From Candidatus Izemoplasmatales bacterium (GTDB lineage: Bacteria > Bacillota_I > Bacilli_A > Izemoplasmatales > Hujiaoplasmataceae), in NCBI GenBank assembly GCA_046542225.1, contig JBKHBS010000001.1, positions 52,259 through 116,258 on the forward strand: a DNA stretch of 64,000 nucleotides, in the 5' to 3' direction. Numbering within the stretch: position 1 is the stretch's first letter; each line of letters opens with the position of its first letter. The position numbers and the translations under genes are program-made. The notes beneath the pieces were generated by a model that was given only the letters and a program-made list of their open reading frames with translations, made no database searches and was not told where the DNA came from. Positions 1 to 8,564 of the stretch are shown here, one piece after another.

Positions 1-86
1 AACAAGGCGATCATCAGTCATTATTAGACCAGAATGGTGTCTATGCAGACTTATACAATTCACAATTTTTAAACAAACCAATTTAG
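1..86 (+). CDS. 3' end of an ABC transporter ATP-binding/permease protein (partial, begins before the window)
   Basis: Frame from nt 3 reads QGDHQSLLDQNGVYADLYNSQFLNKPI*, the typical C-terminus of ABC exporter NBDs (compare EQGSHQALIEAKGYYYKLYTNQY at 44132..46000). Confidence 0.75.
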   Translation, partial: QGDHQSLLDQNGVYADLYNSQFLNKPI

Positions 87-97
87 GAGTGAAAACT

Positions 98-1396
98 ATG
101 AAAATCGGATTTATCAGCTTGGGATGCGCAAAAAACCTAGTTGATTCAGAAATGATACTCGGTATACTAAAACAAGCAGGATGCGAAATTGTCAGCGATC
201 CTGAAGAGGCCGATGCCATATTTATCAATACATGTGGATTCATTGAATCAGCAAAAAAGGAAACATTAGACACCATTAATGAAATGAAAATATATGATAA
301 AAAGTTAATCGTAACGGGATGTTATGCAAAAAGATACAAGGAAAAACTAGAAAAAGAAATGCCGTTTATTGATAAGGTGATTGGTTTGCAGGATTACCCA
401 AAAATACACCTAATCTTAAACGATTTATTTGCTGAAGACCATATTAAGTTTTCGCCACTAAGGTATGAAAATAGATTATTAACAACATCTAATCATTCAC
501 CTTATGTAAAGATAGGTGAGGGATGCAATAACAATTGTACCTATTGCGCCATTCCACTTATACGAGGCAAATTTAAGTCTAAACCATTTGATGAAGTTAT
601 ATCAGAAAGTAAATTATTAGCTGAAAATGGGGCGAAAGAAATCAACTTAATCAGTCAGGATACCTCAAGATATGGCTCAGATTTTGACCCATCTCACAAA
701 TCCAAACTCCATAAATTAATCCAAGAAATAGCTAAAATCGAAGATATTGAAATGATTAGGGTTTTGTATTTATATCCTGATGAAGTCACAGATGAACTTA
801 TCAATGAAATTAAGTCTAACCCAAAAGCAATGGCTTATTTTGATATTCCTATTCAACATATATCTGACCATGTTTTGAATAAAATGAACCGACGGGGTAA
901 TCAGGCATTAATCAAAAATTTATTAAATAAAATCAGACATGAAATTCCAGAAGCCATTATGAGAACCACTTATATTGTTGGCTTTCCAGGCGAAACAGAG
1001 GAAGATTTTCAAGAGCTCTATGATTTTACAGAAGAATATGAGTTTGATCGATTGGGAGTTTTTGCATACTCTAAAGAAGAAGACACAAGGGCTTACTCGA
1101 TGAAAGATCAAGTACCAGACCAAATTAAAGAAGAACGCTTGGATAAAATCATGCGTTTACAGAAAAAAATTGCTAGAAAGATGAATAAAAAACAAGTGGG
1201 TAAGATACATAAAACTTTAATAGAAAATTATGATCCTGAAACCAAGTTTTATTATGGAAGGTCTTATGCCTTTGCACCAGACGACATTGATGGGATGATT
1301 GTTTTTCAATCTGAAAAGCCTATTGAAATTGGTGACATTGTTGATGTTAAAATTACAACCATTTTTGGACATGATTTGATAGGAGATGCCTTATGA
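98..1396 (+). CDS. rimO: Ribosomal protein S12 methylthiotransferase RimO
   Basis: SLGCAKNLVDSE N-terminus, NTCGFIESAKKE, radical SAM CNNNCTYC, C-terminal TRAM domain (APDDIDG); AGGAG RBS before ATG 98. Confidence 0.93.
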   Translation: MKIGFISLGCAKNLVDSEMILGILKQAGCEIVSDPEEADAIFINTCGFIESAKKETLDTINEMKIYDKKLIVTGCYAKRYKEKLEKEMPFIDKVIGLQDYPKIHLILNDLFAEDHIKFSPLRYENRLLTTSNHSPYVKIGEGCNNNCTYCAIPLIRGKFKSKPFDEVISESKLLAENGAKEINLISQDTSRYGSDFDPSHKSKLHKLIQEIAKIEDIEMIRVLYLYPDEVTDELINEIKSNPKAMAYFDIPIQHISDHVLNKMNRRGNQALIKNLLNKIRHEIPEAIMRTTYIVGFPGETEEDFQELYDFTEEYEFDRLGVFAYSKEEDTRAYSMKDQVPDQIKEERLDKIMRLQKKIARKMNKKQVGKIHKTLIENYDPETKFYYGRSYAFAPDDIDGMIVFQSEKPIEIGDIVDVKITTIFGHDLIGDAL

Positions 1397-2331
1397 TATT
1401 CTTCATATTGATGGTTAAAGGCTTTATTGTTGGCATTGCTTTTATTATTCCTGGTGTCAGTGGCGGAACATTGGCTGTTTACTTAGGGATTTATAAAAGA
1501 TTATTGGATTCTATTGCCAATCTCTTTAAAGAGACCAAAAAAAGTTTAGATTTCCTTGTGCCATTTGGTTTAGGTGCTTTGTTTTCAGTTTTTGCCCTTG
1601 CCAAAATATTTGGAATTCTAATTGAGTGGAATTCATTTATCGTTTTATTATTCTTTATAGGTCTTTTGGCTGGTGGTATTGGTCATTTACTTAAAAAAAC
1701 ACAGATAAGAGAAATGAATATTGTTAATATTGTTTTTTCTTTTTTAGGATTTCTGTTTTTGTTGGTTATAATCATCATTGATAAGACTTCTACTGTAAAT
1801 GGTGTTGAGTTTTTTCAATTAAACTTATTAACTTATTTATTGTTAATCGTTTTAGGTTTGATATCAGCAACAACCATGATTATACCTGGTATTAGCGGTT
1901 CAGCAATACTAATGGTTTTAGGATTTTATACTGCCATTGTTTCCAATGTGATTGGTAATGTTTTTGATTTAAGTCAATTTTCTTATAATTTTCAAGTCCT
2001 TTTGTTTTTCATGCTTGGTATTGTTATAGGTATATTATTGTTTTCAAAATTGATTGCTTATTTATTAGAAAAATTCCCTAAAAATACTTATTCACTTATT
2101 TTGGGCCTTGTTCTAGCCAGTATGGTTGGTGTCTTTTTAGAAATAAGAGATCCTGCAACTGCAGAAACTTTTGAAATGCAAAGACCAATATATAAAGATT
2201 TATTTGCTTATTTAGGAAGTCATCCATGGACGCTAATATTTGGTTTAATATTTTTCGTGGGTGGTTTTATAACAAGTATATATTTAACTAAATTTGAAGG
2301 GGTAGGTGAAAAGATTGATGAAACTCAATGA
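1393..2331 (+). CDS. DUF368 family membrane protein
   Basis: Duplicated IIPGVSGGT / IIPGISGS motifs, multiple TM segments; ATGA overlap with rimO. Confidence 0.88.
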   Translation: MIFFILMVKGFIVGIAFIIPGVSGGTLAVYLGIYKRLLDSIANLFKETKKSLDFLVPFGLGALFSVFALAKIFGILIEWNSFIVLLFFIGLLAGGIGHLLKKTQIREMNIVNIVFSFLGFLFLLVIIIIDKTSTVNGVEFFQLNLLTYLLLIVLGLISATTMIIPGISGSAILMVLGFYTAIVSNVIGNVFDLSQFSYNFQVLLFFMLGIVIGILLFSKLIAYLLEKFPKNTYSLILGLVLASMVGVFLEIRDPATAETFEMQRPIYKDLFAYLGSHPWTLIFGLIFFVGGFITSIYLTKFEGVGEKIDETQ

Positions 2332-3463
2332 TTATATTATTAAACATCGTAGACATTTGCATCAATATCCAGAAACAGGATTTAATTGTCCTAAAACCAG
2401 CGCTTATATTAAAGAAGCCTTAGAAGAGTTAAAGGTGGATGAAATTCAAAATGTTGGCAAATACTCTCTGATTGCTATTGTAAAAAATGGACAAGGTCCC
2501 ATCATTGGATTGAGAGCTGATTTTGATGCCTTAAATATTACCGAGGAAACCAACTTAGAATTTCAATCAAAAAACAAGGGTAAAATGCATGCCTGTGGAC
2601 ATGATGCTCATACGTCAATGTTATTAGGTGCATGCAAATACCTTAGTGAACATAAGGATGTGTGGTCAGGGACCATTAAATTTATCTTCCAAGAAGCAGA
2701 GGAAGGACCGACTCCTGGAGGCGCAATTAAAATTGTTGAAACTGGTTTATTGGATGATTGTGAAGAGTTTTATGCCCTCCATGTATCACCACATTATGAA
2801 ACTGGAACAGTAGCGGTCAATTATGGGCCGGCCATGGCAGCAGCGGATACATTGCATGTTGACTTAATTGGCAAGGCTTGTCATGCAGCCATGCCAGAAG
2901 AAGGCATTGATCCAATCATCATGCAAGCAGAATATGTTTTAGGGGCACAAAATATATTAACCAGAAAAATTTCACCAATGGAAAGAGCTGTCATCACCAT
3001 TGCCAAAGTTCAAGCAGGAACAACTCATAACATCATCCCTGAAAAGGCCTCTTTAACAGGGTCTATAAGGACTTTTAACAATGAGACAAGAGAAACCATT
3101 AAAGCAGAACTAAAACGACTTGCAAAGACGATTTCAAATCGTCACCAGGGTGACTATATTTTTGATTATCAATATGGCTATGACCCGACAATTAACTCAA
3201 ATGATACCACGGATATTTTTGTTGATTCTGCAAAGAATGTACTTGGAAGTGATAATGTTATGATATTAGAATTACCCATGGCCGGTAGTGAAGATTTTTC
3301 AAGATATATCAATTTGAAAAAAGGTACACTTGCTTGGTTGGGTGTTAAGCAAAAGGATAAAGAAACCTATAATATTCATCATTCAAAATTTAACTTGAAT
3401 GAAGATGCTTTATTAAAAGGCACAAATATTTTTATAGAGATTATTAAAAGAAGGAGTCAGTAA
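2318..3463 (+). CDS. M20D family amidohydrolase/peptidase
   Basis: RRHLHQYPE, LRADFDAL, MHACGHDAH, FQEAEEG, SEDF motifs. Confidence 0.92.
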   Translation: MKLNDYIIKHRRHLHQYPETGFNCPKTSAYIKEALEELKVDEIQNVGKYSLIAIVKNGQGPIIGLRADFDALNITEETNLEFQSKNKGKMHACGHDAHTSMLLGACKYLSEHKDVWSGTIKFIFQEAEEGPTPGGAIKIVETGLLDDCEEFYALHVSPHYETGTVAVNYGPAMAAADTLHVDLIGKACHAAMPEEGIDPIIMQAEYVLGAQNILTRKISPMERAVITIAKVQAGTTHNIIPEKASLTGSIRTFNNETRETIKAELKRLAKTISNRHQGDYIFDYQYGYDPTINSNDTTDIFVDSAKNVLGSDNVMILELPMAGSEDFSRYINLKKGTLAWLGVKQKDKETYNIHHSKFNLNEDALLKGTNIFIEIIKRRSQ

Positions 3464-4635
3464 TGTATTTAATTAAGAACGCTAATCTAATTAGCATGGC
3501 AGATATCAATTATGAAATTACAGATATCTTAGTCGAAGGCAAAGTGATAAAAAAAATTGGAAAAATCGATGAAAAAGATTATCCAAATGCAAAGGTGATT
3601 GATGCAAAAGAAAATTTTGTAACACCTGGGCTTGTTGACCCACACAGCCATATCGGTATGTATGAAGAATCAATTGGTTTTGAAGGTGCAGATGGCAATG
3701 AAATGACTTCACCATTAACCCCTGAATTAAGAGCCATAGATGCAATTAAGCCTCAAGATGTCGCTTTTGCTGAAACAAGAGAACATGGTGTAACAACTGT
3801 TGTTACAGGACCAGGAAGTGCCAATTGTATCGGAGGGACTTTTGCGGTTATTAAAACCTATGGTCAAACCATCGATGATATGGTTGTCGTTCAAGAGTCT
3901 TCCATGAAGATGGCCTTGGGTGAAAATCCAAAGAGAGTCTATAGTTCAAAATCACAAAAACCTGCCACGAGAATGGCAACTGCAGCAGTCATAAGAGAAG
4001 CCTTATCAAAGGCAAAAGATTATAAAGAAAAAATGGATGAGTACGAGCAAAACAAGAATTCAAATAAAGAAGCAAAAAAACCTGAATTTAACATGCAATG
4101 GGCTTCTTTATCTAGGGTATTTGACGGTTTTCAAGTTAAAATCCATGCCCATCAACAAGACGATATTGTAACAGCAATACGCATCATTGAAGAGTTTGGT
4201 TTGAATGGGACCATTGAACATGCGACTGAAGCGCACTTGATTCCAGAATATATTAAAAATCACAATATTCAATTAATTATTGGGCCAACTTTAGGTTCAA
4301 AATCAAAATATGAATTGCGTAATAAATCTTTTAAATCGGCGAAGATTTTACATGATGCTGGTGTTGAATTTGCCATTATGACAGATCACCCTGTGATTCA
4401 TTTATCAAACACATTAACTCAACTTGGTATATTTGTAAGAGAAGGCTTAGATGAGTTAGAAGCCTTCAAAGCAGTAACAATCAATTCAGCTAAAATTAAT
4501 AATGTCGATGATAGGGTTGGCAGCATTGAAGTTGGAAAAGATGCAGATATTGTTATTTGGGATGGACACCCATTACATTATATGACTAAAACTGAAAAAG
4601 TTATGATTAACGGAGAGATTATTCATTCTAAATAG
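3463..4635 (+). CDS. Amidohydrolase family protein (imidazolonepropionase-like/M38)
   Basis: PGLVDPHSH, KMALGENPK, TDHPV, GSIEVGKDADIV motifs. Confidence 0.88.
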   Translation: MYLIKNANLISMADINYEITDILVEGKVIKKIGKIDEKDYPNAKVIDAKENFVTPGLVDPHSHIGMYEESIGFEGADGNEMTSPLTPELRAIDAIKPQDVAFAETREHGVTTVVTGPGSANCIGGTFAVIKTYGQTIDDMVVVQESSMKMALGENPKRVYSSKSQKPATRMATAAVIREALSKAKDYKEKMDEYEQNKNSNKEAKKPEFNMQWASLSRVFDGFQVKIHAHQQDDIVTAIRIIEEFGLNGTIEHATEAHLIPEYIKNHNIQLIIGPTLGSKSKYELRNKSFKSAKILHDAGVEFAIMTDHPVIHLSNTLTQLGIFVREGLDELEAFKAVTINSAKINNVDDRVGSIEVGKDADIVIWDGHPLHYMTKTEKVMINGEIIHSK

Positions 4636-4675
4636 AAAAAAAGCTTATAAACCTTTATTGGTTTATAAGCTTTTT
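4636..4675. terminator. Bidirectional intrinsic terminator
   Basis: AAAAAGCTTATAAACC-tttatt-GGTTTATAAGCTTTTT inverted repeat between convergent genes. Confidence 0.88.
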
Positions 4676-4685
4676 AATAGAATTT

Positions 4686-5189
4686 TTATAGTTGTTTTGT
4701 GAGTTGTTCTGTGAATCTTTTTTGACACTCTTCGATGAGTTCAATAGCATCTTCTTCAGAGTAATAATCCAATACTTTTACATGATGACCTGGTTCAAGG
4801 ATTTTATAGTTTTCAAAAAACAACTTAATCTCTCTTAACTGAAGTGATTTTATATCACTAATATCATTGATGTCATCAAATCTTGGATCAGCATCAACAA
4901 CTGCGATAATTTTTTGATCACGTTCGCCAGAGTCATACATATCAAGGTAACCAACGACTCTTGCATCAACAATACAGCCTGGGAAAGTTTGAGTTGTTGC
5001 TAAAACCAATATATCTAATGGGTCACCATCTTCAGCCAGTGTTTTTTCAATAAAACCATACTCGGCTGGATAAGTCATTTTAGAATATAATACTCTATTT
5101 AGTTTAATACGATTTTTAAGTTTATCAACTTCATATTTGTTTTGTGTGCCCATAGGGATTTCAATAATTGCTTCAGTAATTTTTGACAT
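4686..5189 (-). CDS. ppa: Family I inorganic pyrophosphatase
   Basis: EIPMGTQNKYE, YPAEYGF, DGDPLD motifs; GAGGTG RBS before ATG 5189. Confidence 0.93.
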   Translation of the reverse strand: MSKITEAIIEIPMGTQNKYEVDKLKNRIKLNRVLYSKMTYPAEYGFIEKTLAEDGDPLDILVLATTQTFPGCIVDARVVGYLDMYDSGERDQKIIAVVDADPRFDDINDISDIKSLQLREIKLFFENYKILEPGHHVKVLDYYSEEDAIELIEECQKRFTEQLTKQL

Positions 5190-5330
5190 ATTATCACCTC
5201 TTGAAAAGATTATATAGGAAATTCGAGGTAAATGCAATATTTATAGTTGATTTTTTTTCAAATCAGTCTACTAATTTGTGGTGGATATGATAAAATATAT
5301 TACATAGACGGTAGAAGAGGTGATGACATA

Positions 5331-5723
5331 ATGAATATACTTTTTATAAACAATGTTCTCGATTGGTTTAAATTTAATTTTTGGTGGTTATTGATTGTTT
5401 TTGTTTTATTGTTGTCTGTTTATTTATTATTTAGATTGCAAAAAAGATCAGTCACAGTAAAACCCAAACCATTAGAAGATGATAAAATTGATGAATTTAT
5501 CAGGAGTTATGGTGGTATTGAAAACATAACCCAAGCTGATATTGAGGGTAAAAGATTAAAAGTCAATTTAGTTGAAGTGAAAGCGGCAGACATTGAAAGA
5601 TTTAAGTCTCTAGGTGCGACAGGCGTTTTTATTTCAGGAAATACTATAAAAATGGTTTTACCATATGATTCGAATAAGTTGGTAAAAAAAATTAATGATA
5701 ATATAGGTGGGGGAAAACGATGA
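5331..5723 (+). CDS. Single-TM-anchored PTS EIIB(Glc-type)-like protein lacking the phosphorylated Cys
   Basis: One TM (FWWLLIVFVLLLSVYLLF), then GGIENITQADIEGKRLKV...KSLGATGV, matching the EIIB pattern GGxENIxxVDACxTRLRx with E at the Cys position. Confidence 0.72.
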   Translation: MNILFINNVLDWFKFNFWWLLIVFVLLLSVYLLFRLQKRSVTVKPKPLEDDKIDEFIRSYGGIENITQADIEGKRLKVNLVEVKAADIERFKSLGATGVFISGNTIKMVLPYDSNKLVKKINDNIGGGKR

Positions 5724-5986
5724 TTGAAGAAAAATATAAAATTACATATTCTCATGGTCTTCAAGCAAGACCAGCAACAAAAATTGTCTCAAAAGCAAAT
5801 AGTTTTCAAGCAGAAATGCATATGGAATACAATGACCGAAAAGTAAACCTTAAATCAATTATGGGCGTTTTATCTTTAGGTGTTCCATCCAATAGCAAGG
5901 TGAAAATTACTTTTTCTGGTTCAGACGAAGATGAAGCATATAAAGCCATATCTCGTGTTATCTCTGATATTAATGAAATGGTATAG
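5720..5986 (+). CDS. crh: HPr-family protein of the Crh type (Gln15, Ser46)
   Basis: GLQARPA at the His15 site (CAA at 5762-5764 is residue 15); NLKSIMGVLSLG with Ser46 at 5855-5857. Confidence 0.8.
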   Translation: MIEEKYKITYSHGLQARPATKIVSKANSFQAEMHMEYNDRKVNLKSIMGVLSLGVPSNSKVKITFSGSDEDEAYKAISRVISDINEMV

Positions 5987-5988
5987 AA

Positions 5989-7248
5989 ATGTCTAGTATT
6001 GATCAACACAAGGGACAAATGCTTAAATTTGGTATGTATGGGTTCTTAAAAAATTTACGTTTTTTTGAGCCTTTTTTAATTCTTTTCTTCTTAGAAGTTG
6101 GGGGATTAAATCTTTTTCAAGTTGGTGTCTTAATTTCAATCCGCGAAATCATTATCTATATCGTTGAAATTCCTTCCGGTGTAATCGCTGATTCATATGG
6201 GAAGAAAACGCAATTGGTCATGTGTTTCTTATTTTATATTGTGTCATTTGTTATATTTTTCTTGGGTGGAATCACACCTTCATTTTGGATATTCATCATT
6301 GCCATGACACTCTATGGTTTTGGAGAAGCCTTTAGATCAGGCACACACAAATCCATGATTATGCAATTTTTAGACGTTGAAGACATAGAAGAACCTAAAA
6401 GTGAAGTTTATGGGCGAACAAGATCTATGTCATTAATAGGCTCAACTGTTATGAGTTTAATTTCAATTGTTTTAATTTTATGGCTTAAAGGTCAATACCA
6501 TTATTTATTTCTAGTTTCTATCATTCCATTTGCCATTGATTTATTGATGATTATGACCTACCCAAAATACATGAATACTAAAAAGGAAAGTGAGTTTAAA
6601 TTAAAGCATTTTCTAATTGAGAATTGGCTCAGTTTAAAATACGTTTTTCAAAAGAGAAAAGTAAGAAGTTTCGTCTTGGATGCATCCGCCTTTCAAGCAG
6701 GCTTTAAGAGCATCAAAGATTATGTCCAACCTTTAGTGGTTTCTGCTTCAATGGGTTTTATTTTATTTAGCCAACTAGATACTGAAGAAAATGAGAAAGT
6801 TTATATTGGCGTGATTTACGCCGTTATTTATATCATTAGTTCTATAGCCACAAGGAACGCCTACAAATTAGAAAATAAAGTCGATAAAATTCAAGTCATT
6901 AATTTAGCTTGGTTATTTATGGGAGGTATTTCTCTGATACTTGGCTTTTTTACAGAAAGCATCCTTGTCATTTTTATCACCTTCATTTTAATGTATGTCA
7001 TTTTAAATTTAAGAAAACCAATCATGGTTCAAGAAATAGGCGACGTTACCGAAGAAGGTAGAAGAGCCAGTGCATTAAGTATACAAGCACAATTAACATC
7101 GCTCTTGTTGGTGATTTTCGCACCACTTATTGGCTTACTTGCAGATTACAGTTTGCAATTATTGTTCCTTGTTGTTGGTATTGTTATGATATTTATATAT
7201 ATCATTGATGTTATTTCAAGAAGGCAAATGAATCAAAAAACTTCATAA
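5989..7248 (+). CDS. MFS transporter
   Basis: About 12 TM segments, EIPSGVIADSYGKK motif A, GEAFRSGT. Confidence 0.9.
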   Translation: MSSIDQHKGQMLKFGMYGFLKNLRFFEPFLILFFLEVGGLNLFQVGVLISIREIIIYIVEIPSGVIADSYGKKTQLVMCFLFYIVSFVIFFLGGITPSFWIFIIAMTLYGFGEAFRSGTHKSMIMQFLDVEDIEEPKSEVYGRTRSMSLIGSTVMSLISIVLILWLKGQYHYLFLVSIIPFAIDLLMIMTYPKYMNTKKESEFKLKHFLIENWLSLKYVFQKRKVRSFVLDASAFQAGFKSIKDYVQPLVVSASMGFILFSQLDTEENEKVYIGVIYAVIYIISSIATRNAYKLENKVDKIQVINLAWLFMGGISLILGFFTESILVIFITFILMYVILNLRKPIMVQEIGDVTEEGRRASALSIQAQLTSLLLVIFAPLIGLLADYSLQLLFLVVGIVMIFIYIIDVISRRQMNQKTS

Positions 7249-7273
7249 TACATCAAAAAACTTCATAATACAT
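7232..7273 (+). repeat. Exact 20-bp tandem duplication across the MFS stop codon
   Basis: ATCAAAAAACTTCATAATAC at 7232-7251 and 7252-7271. Confidence 0.9.
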
Positions 7274-7281
7274 GGATATAA

Positions 7282-7320
7282 AAATAGAACTATCATCCCA
7301 ATGAATGATAGTTCTTTATT
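7282..7320. terminator. Bidirectional intrinsic terminator (MFS / trpS)
   Basis: AGAACTATCAT (7286-7296) ... ATGATAGTTCT (7305-7315) hairpin with A/T-rich flanks. Confidence 0.8.
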
Positions 7321-7322
7321 TA

Positions 7323-8318
7323 TTATTTGCGGCCAAGGCCAACTTTTCTTTTACACTTACGCATCTTTTTGAAAGCATAATCTGAAGCCTTGTCTCTTCC
7401 TCGATTGAGCATTTCTTCTAAGCTATCAGACTTAATCAATGCCTTATATTTTTCTTGAATGGGAATCAATAAATTAACTAAGACTTGGCCTAAATCTTCT
7501 TTAAATGTCTTGTAATCTGAATCCTTGTATTTGTTGACGATATCTTCTACAGGACTATCTGTTGCACTTGCATAAATGTTAAGTAAATTTGCCAAACCAG
7601 TTTGCTTGATTGGATCGTATTTGATGACGCCTAAAGAATCAGTTTTGGCAGACCTGATTTTCTTTTTGATGATATTTTCTTCTTCAAACATGGTGATGTA
7701 TCCTTTTGGGTTGTCGGATGATTTTGACATTTTTTTATTAGGATCTTGTAAATCCATGATTCTAGCACCAACTTCTGGAATCAGTGGTTCTGGAACTTTA
7801 AAAAAGTCATTATAGTAATGATTAAAACGACTGGCGATATCTCGAGTTAACTCTAAATGTTGTTTTTGATCATCTCCAACTGGAACATAATCTGCATCAT
7901 AAAGCAAGATATCCGCTGCCATTAAAGCTGGATAAGTAAACAATGAAGACGCAATTGATTCTTCACCTTTACTAACCTTGTCCTTATATTGAGTCATTCT
8001 TTCTAATTCACCCATATAGACATTTGATTGTAATATGTAGCCAAGTTCAGCATGTTGTGGAATCTCTGATTGGATAAACATTGTCGTACGTTCTTTGTCC
8101 AAGCCACTGGCCATATACATAGCAGCAATATCCAATGTTCTTTTTCTTAGTTCATGGGGTGTTTGCCTTGTGGTGATGGCATGTAAATCAGCGATGAATA
8201 AATAAAATTCATCATCTTTTCTTTCCTTTTGTAGTTTTACAAATTGTTTGATAGCACCTAAGTAGTTTCCTAAAGTCAAACTACCTGTAGGCTTAATGCC
8301 AGATACAATTCTTTTCAT
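7323..8318 (-). CDS. trpS: Tryptophanyl-tRNA synthetase
   Basis: SGIKPTG, TLGNYLG (HIGH-like), YPALMAADILLY, VPVGDDQKQHLE, KMSKS. Confidence 0.97.
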   Translation of the reverse strand: MKRIVSGIKPTGSLTLGNYLGAIKQFVKLQKERKDDEFYLFIADLHAITTRQTPHELRKRTLDIAAMYMASGLDKERTTMFIQSEIPQHAELGYILQSNVYMGELERMTQYKDKVSKGEESIASSLFTYPALMAADILLYDADYVPVGDDQKQHLELTRDIASRFNHYYNDFFKVPEPLIPEVGARIMDLQDPNKKMSKSSDNPKGYITMFEEENIIKKKIRSAKTDSLGVIKYDPIKQTGLANLLNIYASATDSPVEDIVNKYKDSDYKTFKEDLGQVLVNLLIPIQEKYKALIKSDSLEEMLNRGRDKASDYAFKKMRKCKRKVGLGRK

Positions 8319-8337
8319 CTAAATCACTCTCTTTCTT

Positions 8338-8545
8338 AAAAAAAATTCGTCCTTAAATAAATAAGGACGAATGATCGTGGTACCACCTTAGTTCTAGATA
8401 AACTAGCACTCTAGCTTTTTAACGCAAAGCATACGGATGTGATTAGCATCTCTCCATGGCCCATTCATAATTTCTTTATCAAGGTTTCCACCAGCCACCT
8501 TGTCTCTAAGCATAAAGTCAATTATTACTCTTCCATATCATTAAT
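8338..8545 (-). ncRNA. T-box riboswitch (Trp specifier) upstream of trpS
   Basis: On the - strand: TATAAT, AGTA, AGAGA and GGTGGAA stem I motifs, specifier GAA-TGG, T-box AAGGTGGTACCACG, then a TTCGTCCTTA...TAAGGACGAA-T-rich terminator. Confidence 0.92.
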
Positions 8546-8564
8546 TTATTATATTATAGCAAAT

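Noticed and set aside
4686-5189. Family I rather than family II pyrophosphatase as a sign of horizontal transfer
   Set aside because: Family I Ppa is usual in Mollicutes-related lineages, and the composition looks like the surroundings.
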